Shown here: in pieces, positions 32,361-39,770 of the stretch
How the letters are laid out: each line of letters starts with the position of its first letter
Numbering within the stretch: position 1 is the stretch's first letter
From: a virus
DNA: 42,277 bases
Virus record (IMG/VR): IMGVR_UViG_3300045988_169545
Reading direction: 5' to 3' (one strand)
Notes under the pieces: generated by a model
The model's input: only the letters and a program-made list of their open reading frames with translations
Told to the model about the DNA's origin: nothing
Database searches by the model: none
Position numbers and translations under genes: made by a program

Positions 32361-32713
32361 GACTCCTCCTCGCTTTCCAGCCATTCGAGGTAATCGGCTT
32401 GCCTCTCGAATTCGAACACCCGTTTTCCTCCGAACAGCACCTCGACCCTGCCTGTGTACCCGTCGTAGGGGTCGAATAGATGGTTCGTGTCCACCATCGC
32501 GGCCCTCTCCGGCGTGCCGAAGTATTTCTCCCAGTTGGTCATCGCCTCACCCCCGCCCAGCTCGCGCAGCACGTCCTCGGCGAGGAAGTACGTGCTGTCG
32601 TACCCCTCCGTATCGTCCATCGCGGTTCTGCACAGCGCCTCCACGCCCTCGATGCGCTCGCGGACGCAGTTGATCAGCGCCGCCGTCTCCCATCCGTCCA
32701 GAGGTTGGCTCAT
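32357..32713 (-). CDS. Hypothetical protein, 118 aa. Its C-terminal 61 aa form paralog 2 of the MTNWEKY family, with an internal in-frame ATG at 32542 preceded by GGGGGTGAGG.
   Basis: ATG at 32713 (GGAGG Shine-Dalgarno sequence, ATGA overlap with the upstream stop). Confidence 0.45.
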   Translation of the reverse strand: MSQPLDGWETAALINCVRERIEGVEALCRTAMDDTEGYDSTYFLAEDVLRELGGGEAMTNWEKYFGTPERAAMVDTNHLFDPYDGYTGRVEVLFGGKRVFEFERQADYLEWLESEEES

Positions 32714-33357
32714 GATGCATCGCCTCCCATCGTCATGCATTCGCACGCGAAGGCTTCGCCGTGTTCGCCCTCCACGATCCAGATATCGCCCTCTCCCTCG
32801 ATGCCCTGGTGGCGAAATGCCGTGATCACATCGTCCCACTCGTGGTCACCGTCGTATTCCGTGCGAAGGAAGTGGGCTTTATCGCCGATATGCAGGTCTT
32901 CGCCATCGCCATCTTTCGGAGGCCAATTCATCCCATTCGGCATCAGGCGCTTGTCCAGCTCCTCGCTGATCGCCAATCGAAGATCGTCGCCGCAACCTAT
33001 GTCATCGCTCACGCCGAGGTCGTTAGCGAGGCTCGCCACGAACTCGTCCATCTTCGGGTAGTCGCGCACCACGTCGAGGCCGCCTTGCTGCTCAACCCAG
33101 TCGGCTGCTGCATCGCGCTTCGCTCGGCACGGTTTACAGAGCGCAACGATATTTTCGCGCTTCGCCTCCGCAAGGTCGGCGCGCAGCTGGTCTATCTCGC
33201 GGTTCAGCTCGCATATGGTCTCTATTCTCTCGTTCAGCGCGTCTTGGTGCTCGCGCTCGATCTGGTATGCGATGCCGCGGCACCAATCGACGAGCGACCC
33301 GGTGTGCCAGTGCTCCATCACGTTGCGCAGCTTCTCGATCCCATTTGTCTTGGCCAT
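32710..33357 (-). CDS. Hypothetical coiled-coil protein, 215 aa.
   Basis: Open reading frame with coding-like composition. Confidence 0.5.
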   Translation of the reverse strand: MAKTNGIEKLRNVMEHWHTGSLVDWCRGIAYQIEREHQDALNERIETICELNREIDQLRADLAEAKRENIVALCKPCRAKRDAAADWVEQQGGLDVVRDYPKMDEFVASLANDLGVSDDIGCGDDLRLAISEELDKRLMPNGMNWPPKDGDGEDLHIGDKAHFLRTEYDGDHEWDDVITAFRHQGIEGEGDIWIVEGEHGEAFACECMTMGGDAS

Positions 33358-33490
33358 GAGGCCCGTCCTTTCGTTTCGATTCTCTTCGCGCGGACCCCGC
33401 CGTCCGCGTTGCGCATGCGTCCATGCTCCCGAGAGACGGCGCGCCGTACGCCTTCCGCCCCTCCCCGCGTTTGCGCGCTTCCCTCCGGCG

Positions 33491-33718
33491 CTACCTCGCC
33501 AGCCACTCGTCGCACTCGTTGGGCTCGTGCGGGTAGCGCTCGACGAACCGGTGCACGTAGCACACCGACGCGTCGCGGCCCGCGTCCGCCACGCGCTCGC
33601 CGTTGGCGCACGTCCAGCACGTCTGGTAGTCGGCGCCCTCGGTCGGCGGGTAGAGGATGGGGTTGCGCGCCCGCGGCGCTGTAACGGCTTCTAAGACCCC
33701 TTTTTCGCCTCCGTGCAT
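33491..33718 (-). CDS. Small Cys-rich protein, about 75 aa (..QTCWTCANGE...CYVH...ECDEW).
   Basis: The in-frame C-terminal part of a long Arg-rich spurious ORF. Weak Shine-Dalgarno sequence. Confidence 0.3.
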   Translation of the reverse strand: MHGGEKGVLEAVTAPRARNPILYPPTEGADYQTCWTCANGERVADAGRDASVCYVHRFVERYPHEPNECDEWLAR

Positions 33719-33768
33719 GTCTTGTCCGCCAAAGGCTATATCGGGCGCGACGAAGGCATTACAGACGC

Positions 33769-34401
33769 TCACAGCCGCCTCCATCCGCCCATCGCGAGGG
33801 CCGCCTGGTACTTCGTCGGCTCGTCGGTGAGCAGGTACTCCCAGTGCCCGCCCATGAGCACGTTGCCGGTGAGCCTGTCCGTATGCTCGGCGGCCGCCCA
33901 GCGGAAGTGGAGCATGCCGGCATGGGCCAGTCCGTGGCATCCGCTCGCGTTTCCGCTCCCGCAGAGGCGCACCGTCGGTTTCGCCACCTCCCGTCCGTCC
34001 CGCACCAGCTTCCCGGCGCCGCGGCGCACGATGTGGTGCCTGTCCGTCGCCGGTTTTCCGCAGACGCAGCAGACGCGCGCCTCGTTGTCGATCGACGGCT
34101 TGCCCATCATCGGGAGCATGAGGGCATCGACCGTGCAGACGTCCTTCGACGGCTTGCGGGGCCTTGGGGCCGCCGGCCTGCGCTTCGCGGCCCGCTCGGC
34201 GCGCCTGGCCCGATCCCTCTCGCGGCGCTCGGCGTTGATCTCGGCGCGCTTCTCGGAGCATCGGGGGCAGGGGCACATCAGCTCGGCCCCCCTGCGCATC
34301 CCGTGGCGCCAGTCGAGGGGGTTGGCCATGAGGTCGGCCCGGTGCTCGGCGTTGGTCTTCACGGCCACACCACCGCCCCGGCCTCGAAGGAGTCGAGGCA
34401 T
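33769..34401 (-). CDS. HNH-like zinc-binding nuclease-family protein, 210 aa.
   Basis: CPCPRC...VCCVCGKPATDRHHIVRRG...LCGSGNASGCH. Start is uncertain (34401 or 34329). Confidence 0.4.
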   Translation of the reverse strand: MPRLLRGRGGGVAVKTNAEHRADLMANPLDWRHGMRRGAELMCPCPRCSEKRAEINAERRERDRARRAERAAKRRPAAPRPRKPSKDVCTVDALMLPMMGKPSIDNEARVCCVCGKPATDRHHIVRRGAGKLVRDGREVAKPTVRLCGSGNASGCHGLAHAGMLHFRWAAAEHTDRLTGNVLMGGHWEYLLTDEPTKYQAALAMGGWRRL

Positions 34402-35018
34402 ACCGGGCAGTCGTACTTCCCGGTCTGGGAGTTCCGGAACAGCGGCGCCTTGCAGAGCGGACAGCGGGGCTTGCCGTGGGCCTTGGCGGCGGGGGGCGCG
34501 GCACCCGCCGCCGCCGCGCCGACCGACGCGTAGGTATTTGGATACCCTTTATGGGTATCCAATAACTTTTCCTTTTCCTTAGTTTCGGGTCGGGCAGGGC
34601 CTCGGCTGGCTTGCGGTTTGCCTTTGGTATCCGGATTGGTTTTCCTTCGGTTCGCCTTCGGTTTGCGCCCTCCCTTTTTCCCGTTCTCACGTGCGGTTTC
34701 CTGACGCTTGTGGTACGTCTCTATGTTGGCCTTCGCGCGCTCACTGAACACCGCGTTTCCGTCGTCAGATGCTTCCAGCAGCCCAACATCGACCATCGCC
34801 GAAACGAATGTGGATAACTCTTCTACGTCGATGCACAACCGATGTGAAAGCGATAGGAAACCGGCTTGGTTCTTTTCGGTTTTGAACTCGGTTTCGCATC
34901 GGTACAATTCTTCAAGGATGCACCAGTAGGCATCGACGGCGGCGCCTCCGTGCATGAGGCGCAAAGAGACGATCTTGTCGTCGTTCCCTGCCGTCGAATC
35001 GTGGTCGAAGTACTTCAT
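34359..35018 (-). CDS. Phage replication protein with a Lin1244/DUF4373-like N-terminal domain and a C-terminal zinc finger, 219 aa.
   Basis: MKYFDHDSTAGNDDKIVSLRLMHGGAAVDAYWCILEELY matches the YFsHDsnA..D.KI..L....G..GYG.YW.i.E.L signature of Lin1244-family replisome organisers. GAGGGGG Shine-Dalgarno sequence. CPLCKAPL...CPVC at the C-terminus. Confidence 0.65.
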   Translation of the reverse strand: MKYFDHDSTAGNDDKIVSLRLMHGGAAVDAYWCILEELYRCETEFKTEKNQAGFLSLSHRLCIDVEELSTFVSAMVDVGLLEASDDGNAVFSERAKANIETYHKRQETARENGKKGGRKPKANRRKTNPDTKGKPQASRGPARPETKEKEKLLDTHKGYPNTYASVGAAAAGAAPPAAKAHGKPRCPLCKAPLFRNSQTGKYDCPVCLDSFEAGAVVWP

Positions 35019-35029
35019 CGCAGCCCCCT

Positions 35030-35437
35030 CTAGAACGGGATATCCTCGTCGTAGACGGCCTGCGAGGCCTCTGCGACGGCGGGCGACGGCGGGCACGAGG
35101 GGGAGCCGCCGCGTCCGGACATGAACTCGAGCTCGTCGACGATCACCTCGATCTTGCTGCGCTTCTGGCCGTCGCGCTCCCACTGGCTCCAGCGGAGCTT
35201 GCCCTCGATGGACACCTTCGCGCCCTTGTCGAGGTAGCGCGAGAGGCTCTCGGCACGGGCGCCGAACATGGTGCAGTCGATGAAGTTGGGATAGTCCTCC
35301 CACTCGCCCGTCTGCTGGTTCTTGCGGCGGTCGTTCACGGCAACGCCGAAGCCGAGTACCGGCAAACCGCTCGCCGTGGAGCGCAGCTCGGGATCGCGCG
35401 TCAGGTTTCCGCTGATAATTACTCTGTTGATGCTCAT
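35030..35437 (-). CDS. ssb: Single-stranded DNA-binding protein, 135 aa.
   Basis: OB-fold N-terminus MSINRVIISGNLTRDPELR and an acidic C-terminal tail ...DEDIPF (canonical SSB tip). Confidence 0.85.
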   Translation of the reverse strand: MSINRVIISGNLTRDPELRSTASGLPVLGFGVAVNDRRKNQQTGEWEDYPNFIDCTMFGARAESLSRYLDKGAKVSIEGKLRWSQWERDGQKRSKIEVIVDELEFMSGRGGSPSCPPSPAVAEASQAVYDEDIPF

Positions 35438-35439
35438 AG

Positions 35440-35766
35440 CTAGCCTCTGTACTCTCTGTCGATCTGCGCCTCCAGCAGGCGCGCGTCGAGCTTGTATACA
35501 TTGAGCGCCTCGCGGGCGCTGTCGTATTCGACCTGCGCGCAGTCGCGCGCGAACATGGGGACAGATACGCGCTCGTCGCCTTTGAGGATCATTGCTATCA
35601 TGGTCGCGCTGTAGCCGTCTGCCTTGAGGGACAGCGCCGCGGCGGCCTTGGCCGTCTGGTACTCGGCCTCGGCCTTGGCAAGCGCAACTCCGCGGCGTTT
35701 CAGCTCCTCGGATGCCCTCTTCATCAGGTCGCGGTCGCGCACGAGGTCTGCTATCAGGTCGCTCAT
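35440..35766 (-). CDS. Hypothetical protein, 108 aa.
   Basis: ATGA overlap with the Rad52-like gene. Coding-like helical sequence. Confidence 0.5.
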   Translation of the reverse strand: MSDLIADLVRDRDLMKRASEELKRRGVALAKAEAEYQTAKAAAALSLKADGYSATMIAMILKGDERVSVPMFARDCAQVEYDSAREALNVYKLDARLLEAQIDREYRG

Positions 35767-36473
35767 AGCTCGGCCTCAAATTCCTCGGCGACGAGGTTGA
35801 AGAACTCGGCGGTCTCCTCGTAGTCGGAGCGCATCTTCACCCCGTCGGAAATCTTCTCCGGCGTAGACCCGTGCTTCTCTGCGTATGCCCTGCATGCCGC
35901 CCACAGGCGCGCCTTGGCGTCCCTCACGGGGTCTTTCCTCGGCTGGTCGGGCTTCTTCGCGCCGATACGCCTCTGCATGTCGTAGGCGGCCTTCCCGTTG
36001 CACGAGACGGCGAGATCGGTTATCTTCCCGTCCTCGACCTTGATGCGCGTGACGGCGAACCTGTCGTAGCAGACGGGGTTGCCGTTGCGCCCCTTCTTGA
36101 TCTCGCAGATGCCCGTGGGCACCCATATGTCCGGGGCCGTGTACAGCTCGCGACCGACGCCCCAGCAGAAGCAGGCCCTCTTGAAGCTGTCCGACGACTC
36201 CCCCTTCTCCGACTCGGTGTTGGACTCAACCCCGCAGTCGGACTTCCACACCCACTCCCCGTCGATCGATATGCCGACGCGGCAGAACATGCGGCCCTTG
36301 ACCTCGTAGTGCTCGCGCTGCCAGTTCTCCGGCCCCACAACCTCGTCGAGGATGCGCATGTCGCATCGGGCGTCTTTGTAGAGCAGCAGCCACACGCCCT
36401 TGTCCTCCACGATGCGCGACACGCGCACGTCGATCTCATCGGCCTCGAGCGCGCGGAAGTTGAGCGACGTCAT
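35763..36473 (-). CDS. Rad52/Sak-family single-strand annealing protein, 236 aa.
   Basis: ...ILDEVVGPENWQREHYEV...SDSFKRACFCWGVGRELY matches the Rad52/22 family core (G..nWq.ey.....SDA.KRA...fGiGr.LY). Confidence 0.75.
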   Translation of the reverse strand: MTSLNFRALEADEIDVRVSRIVEDKGVWLLLYKDARCDMRILDEVVGPENWQREHYEVKGRMFCRVGISIDGEWVWKSDCGVESNTESEKGESSDSFKRACFCWGVGRELYTAPDIWVPTGICEIKKGRNGNPVCYDRFAVTRIKVEDGKITDLAVSCNGKAAYDMQRRIGAKKPDQPRKDPVRDAKARLWAACRAYAEKHGSTPEKISDGVKMRSDYEETAEFFNLVAEEFEAEL

Positions 36474-36694
36474 GCCGCATCACCGCCTATCCTCGCCAGG
36501 TACCCATCGATTGCGCCCTCGACGAGCGATCCGAAAAGCTCCGGCTTATTGCACGAGGCCAGGAGGTCGATGCCTGCCGCCGCGCCCATGAGGAACACGG
36601 CCGCCTCCCTGCTTCCCGCGTTCTTCGCCTGGGACTCGCACGACCCCGCCGACTGCTCCATCTCGTCTACCGTAGCGTTGAAGTTGATTCTCAT
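36470..36694 (-). CDS. Hypothetical protein, 74 aa.
   Basis: ORF in the operon. Confidence 0.4.
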   Translation of the reverse strand: MRINFNATVDEMEQSAGSCESQAKNAGSREAAVFLMGAAAGIDLLASCNKPELFGSLVEGAIDGYLARIGGDAA

Positions 36695-36743
36695 GCTTCC
36701 TCCAGCTCGAATTTTCTGTAGGTGCCATACGGATTCCTGTTTT

Positions 36744-37058
36744 TCAAGAGCGTACGATTCTGATAGGCTCCAGCTTCTTCACGCGCTCTATGAACACCCG
36801 GTCGCGCCGCCTGAACGCCTTCGCGTCATCGCGCCTGCCGAAGTGGTACAGCTCCGTGCGCAGCGCGTTCACGGCCTTGTCGGCGATCCGCAGCGCGTCC
36901 GCACCATCGACCTCCGGAATTCCGTCCACCTCGTACACGTCGCCAACCTCGGCGCTCTCGAAGAACTCGGTGAGCGTGGCCCTGGCGAACACTCGAAGCG
37001 GGCTCTTGGCCTCCGTGCGGGAATCGGGTACGTCCTCTCTCGCGATCTGCTTCAACAT
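36744..37058 (-). CDS. Hypothetical early protein, 104 aa.
   Basis: First leftward gene after the divergent AT-rich region 37059..37165. Confidence 0.45.
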   Translation of the reverse strand: MLKQIAREDVPDSRTEAKSPLRVFARATLTEFFESAEVGDVYEVDGIPEVDGADALRIADKAVNALRTELYHFGRRDDAKAFRRRDRVFIERVKKLEPIRIVRS

Positions 37059-37165
37059 TTCTTCCTCCTTACGAACAAATGTTTACGCGTTATCAACGCG
37101 TATTAATGTCGCAGACTTTACGATACATTAACGCGTAAGTCAACGGCTTTCGCAAAGGAGTTCCG
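37059..37165. promoter_or_regulatory. Divergent promoter/operator region with the palindrome TACGCGTT-ATC-AACGCGTA (37082..37100) and a related half-site copy TTAACGCGTAA (37127..37137).
   Basis: AT-rich island between the divergently transcribed 36744..37058 (-) and 37166..37441 (+) genes. Perfect 8-3-8 inverted repeat. Confidence 0.5.
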
Positions 37166-37441
37166 ATGTTCAAGGACAGGCTTCGCTCGGCAAGGATGCA
37201 TCGGCAGATCACCCAGCAAAGAATGGCCGATGCTGTTGGAATCGCCCTTCGGTCGTACCAACAGTATGAGCAGGGGAAAAGCGAGCCTCCGCTTAGCGCG
37301 CTGGCAATCCTGTCCGACACGCTCAACGTTCCTTCCGATTGGCTTCTATGCCGGGACGATTACCTGGAATCTCTCGGAGTGTCCGTTGATGTACCCCGAA
37401 CAAATCCTCCAAGGCGTCCCAGACCCAAATGCTCCCGGTAG
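37166..37441 (+). CDS. XRE-family helix-turn-helix transcriptional regulator, 91 aa.
   Basis: ...LRSARMHRQITQQRMADAVGIALRSYQQYEQGKSEPPLSALAILSDTLNVPSDWLL is a classic XRE/Cro-CI helix-turn-helix. AAAGGAG Shine-Dalgarno sequence. Confidence 0.7.
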   Translation: MFKDRLRSARMHRQITQQRMADAVGIALRSYQQYEQGKSEPPLSALAILSDTLNVPSDWLLCRDDYLESLGVSVDVPRTNPPRRPRPKCSR

Positions 37442-37556
37442 CTTCCCCATCTTCGATTTCTTGGTAGTACCGCAAGCTGATCCCCAGCTTGTCGGCGACC
37501 TGCTGCTGGGTCATTCCCTCGGCCTTACGGGCCACTTTAAGCGTCTCCCTGCTCAT
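37323..37556 (-). CDS. XRE-family helix-turn-helix regulator, 77 aa, convergent with the previous gene and overlapping its 3' end.
   Basis: ...ARKAEGMTQQQVADKLGISLRYYQEIEDGE is an XRE helix-turn-helix. The two coding tails overlap by about 118 nt. Confidence 0.6.
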   Translation of the reverse strand: MSRETLKVARKAEGMTQQQVADKLGISLRYYQEIEDGEATGSIWVWDALEDLFGVHQRTLREIPGNRPGIEANRKER

Positions 37557-37933
37557 GCTTCCTCCAACTCAACCACGACACGGGCATCGCCCGATGCGCG
37601 GTAGCATTTATGGTTCACGTCGCCCACCTCGTCGAAGCCGTCATCGGGTATGACTCGCATCTCCACGAGGGCGTCCAAGATGAACTTGACCGCGAACTGG
37701 ATGTTGTCGCGGTCGCGCATCCTCGCGCCCTTGCGCTTCGGCTTCTCGTACCAAGCGATACGGACGTTCACGGGCGTCCTCATGGGCTTTAGGTGCGCCT
37801 CCTTGATGGCCCGCAGGACCGCGTCCTGGTTCTCCCGCTTCATCTTCGCGCCAAGCTGGCGGTTCGCCCGGCACGCCCTCGTGTACTCGTTCAGGCCCGC
37901 CAGCCTGCCGGGGATCTCGAAGGCCTGCCTCAT
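37553..37933 (-). CDS. rusA: RusA-family Holliday-junction resolvase, 126 aa.
   Basis: RDRDNIQFAVKFILDALVEMRVIPDDGFDEV fits the RusA catalytic motif (D.DN..K...DAL.....DD). Confidence 0.65.
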   Translation of the reverse strand: MRQAFEIPGRLAGLNEYTRACRANRQLGAKMKRENQDAVLRAIKEAHLKPMRTPVNVRIAWYEKPKRKGARMRDRDNIQFAVKFILDALVEMRVIPDDGFDEVGDVNHKCYRASGDARVVVELEEA

Positions 37934-38274
37934 ATCTCCACCTCCGTGAAGGCGTCAACCTTCGAGCGGCCCATGGCGATGCGCGGGCGGTAGTGTGCGC
38001 GCTCCGCGGGCTTCATCTGCTCGAGCCATATGCGCGCGAAGGCGGGCGTGTAGGCGTTGGGCACCTGCACGCGAAACCTGCGCCTCATGGCGTGCGTCAC
38101 GGCGTCGGAGCTGGCGCGGCCCGCGTCGGCGTCCGCCCGCATCTCCCGGCAGTAGAACTGCCACTCGTCGTAGTGGGTCGCGGCCCAGCGCCGAGCCTCC
38201 TGCATAAGCTCCTCGCCCTCGCCCCCGAGGCCGGGGAGGGCCGTCTGGTTCGACGGCGGGTCGAGGCGCCTCAT
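37930..38274 (-). CDS. Hypothetical protein, about 114 aa.
   Basis: ATG at 38274 with a GGAGG Shine-Dalgarno sequence. The upstream part of the computed ORF is noise. Confidence 0.45.
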   Translation of the reverse strand: MRRLDPPSNQTALPGLGGEGEELMQEARRWAATHYDEWQFYCREMRADADAGRASSDAVTHAMRRRFRVQVPNAYTPAFARIWLEQMKPAERAHYRPRIAMGRSKVDAFTEVEI

Positions 38275-38453
38275 GCGACCGCCTCCCATATCAGCCACAG
38301 AGACCCGGCAAGGACGAACAGCCACGGCAGGCCCCGGCACATGCGCTCCCAGTCGGTATGTGGTATACTCCCACCGTCTTCACAGACGGATGCGCGCTGA
38401 CTTTCCACGGTGGGCGCGCTTTCCTTTTTACGCGGCATCTTCTGCCTCCTCAT
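38271..38453 (-). CDS. Small membrane-anchored protein, 60 aa.
   Basis: C-terminal hydrophobic helix LPWLFVLAGSLWLIW. Confidence 0.4.
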   Translation of the reverse strand: MRRQKMPRKKESAPTVESQRASVCEDGGSIPHTDWERMCRGLPWLFVLAGSLWLIWEAVA

Positions 38454-38646
38454 CTTTCCCGCTCCACGCTTCGCGCACGAAGTTAGTCAGCGCTGGCTCG
38501 ATATCGCCCAGCGTCACGTCGCGCGGCACGTGGATGGTGGCTGACCCGTATGCGCCCTCGTAGTGGTGCTCGCCAGCCGGGAACGCCACGGCGCTCATGT
38601 CGCTCATGTCCTCTCCTCTCGTAGGTTGGTAGTTGTTGGCACGCAA
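38428..38646 (-). CDS. Hypothetical acidic protein, 72 aa.
   Basis: ORF only. Confidence 0.35.
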   Translation of the reverse strand: MRANNYQPTRGEDMSDMSAVAFPAGEHHYEGAYGSATIHVPRDVTLGDIEPALTNFVREAWSGKDEEAEDAA

Positions 38647-38843
38647 GAGCGCGACTTAGCCTTGCTTTCGAGCGTGCTGCTAGGTTGTCAAGGTGCTCTC
38701 CCGATAGGCACGGGAGCGGCAGCACGTTCCGTGCGCAGAGGAGGGGATCGCTCGGCGGGCGCTTAGCCCTGTGCTGCCAGTTTCGTACCTATCCGGTAGT
38801 GGAGGCCGATGCGCTATCCGTTGCGCTAGGCGGCCGTGCTTCC

Positions 38844-39071
38844 CTAACTCGCCTTACGCTCGTTACGCTCCCAGAAATCGTCTGTGCTGCATTCGAGCGC
38901 ATCCGCAAGATCGCAGATCGTCTCGAAGCTCGGCTTGGTCGCGCACATCTCGTAGCGCGCGACGGTGCCAAGCGACACGCCCGACGCCTCCGCGAGCTCG
39001 TTCTGGTTCCAGCCCATCTCCGCGCGCTTCACCTTGAGCTGGCGCGCGAAAAAATCAGCGTTGAACGGCAT
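38844..39071 (-). CDS. Cro-like XRE-family helix-turn-helix regulator, 75 aa.
   Basis: ...MGWNQNELAEASGVSLGTVARYE... helix-turn-helix. Second leftward gene from the switch region, divergent from the CI-like repressor. Confidence 0.7.
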   Translation of the reverse strand: MPFNADFFARQLKVKRAEMGWNQNELAEASGVSLGTVARYEMCATKPSFETICDLADALECSTDDFWERNERKAS

Positions 39072-39260
39072 TCACTCACCCCCTTTCTGACCTAGGCCAC
39101 GCACGACCAAGTGCCATGCGACGGAGAAGCCACCAAGTAAGGCCGCCGCGAACGCGTCGAAGGCAAACCCCCATGAGAAGCCGCCGACCGCGTACCAGTA
39201 GGCGGCCGCGATAACGAACCCAATGGATAGCCCAGCAGAGATCGGCGCGACGCTCTTCAC
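39072..39260 (-). CDS. Small two-transmembrane-helix membrane protein, 62 aa.
   Basis: Two hydrophobic helices. First leftward gene from the switch. Confidence 0.45.
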   Translation of the reverse strand: MKSVAPISAGLSIGFVIAAAYWYAVGGFSWGFAFDAFAAALLGGFSVAWHLVVRGLGQKGGE

Positions 39261-39401
39261 GATTCCTCCTTCCGAAGTTACACAATATGAGTAACTTTGC
39301 CCATTATTACCTCATTATGCGTAACTGTCAACCAAGAATTACACATTTTGTTGAACTGATTACACTTTCCGTGTATCATGCGCGATAAGAAGGAGGCTGC
39401 C
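39261..39401. promoter_or_regulatory. Lysis/lysogeny switch region: AT-rich, with the palindrome AGTTAC-N9-GTAACT (39268..39288) and repeated (A/G)ATTACAC half-sites (39330..39339, 39355..39364), plus divergent promoters.
   Basis: Located between the divergent Cro-like/membrane genes (-) and the CI-like repressor (+). TATCAT -10-like box at 39375 and AAGGAGG at 39390. Confidence 0.6.
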
Positions 39402-39770
39402 GTGAAACTTCAGATGAAGCGAATTCGAGAATCGAAGGGGTTCAGCCAGCAATATGTAGCTGATCAGATTTGCGTTCCCGTGCGAAGGTATGGAAGCTGG
39501 GAACGGGAAGAGCGCAAAATCAACTTCGAGGATGCGATTCGTGTTGCCGAAGTCCTCGGCTGCACCACCGACGAGCTTGCCGGCCGGAAGCCCATCCGTT
39601 CCTTCGCCGACCCCCAGCAGGCGGCTCTCAACGGATACTACGAGTCCATGAACGAGCGCGGGCGCGCTACCTTGGTGGAGAGCGCGAGGCTCATGAGCGA
39701 CGGCGATTCCGTCAGAATCGAAAAAGACGGGGCCGAACATTCTGGAATACAGACCGCGATGGGAGCGTAG
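39402..39770 (+). CDS. CI-like repressor (N-terminal XRE helix-turn-helix), about 122 aa.
   Basis: Helix-turn-helix ...RIRESKGFSQQYVADQICVPVRRYGSWEREERKINFEDAIRVAEVLGCTTDELAG. GTG at 39402 sits 5 nt after AAGGAGG, and an alternative upstream ATG is at 39378. Confidence 0.7.
   Translation: MKLQMKRIRESKGFSQQYVADQICVPVRRYGSWEREERKINFEDAIRVAEVLGCTTDELAGRKPIRSFADPQQAALNGYYESMNERGRATLVESARLMSDGDSVRIEKDGAEHSGIQTAMGA

Noticed and set aside
33491-34690. The 399-aa minus ORF 33491..34690 and the + ORFs 33713..34582 / 33844..34533.
   Set aside because: Arg/Pro-rich alternate frames over the real HNH-like and replication genes. Only the last about 75 codons (33491..33718) were kept as a possible small Cys-rich gene.
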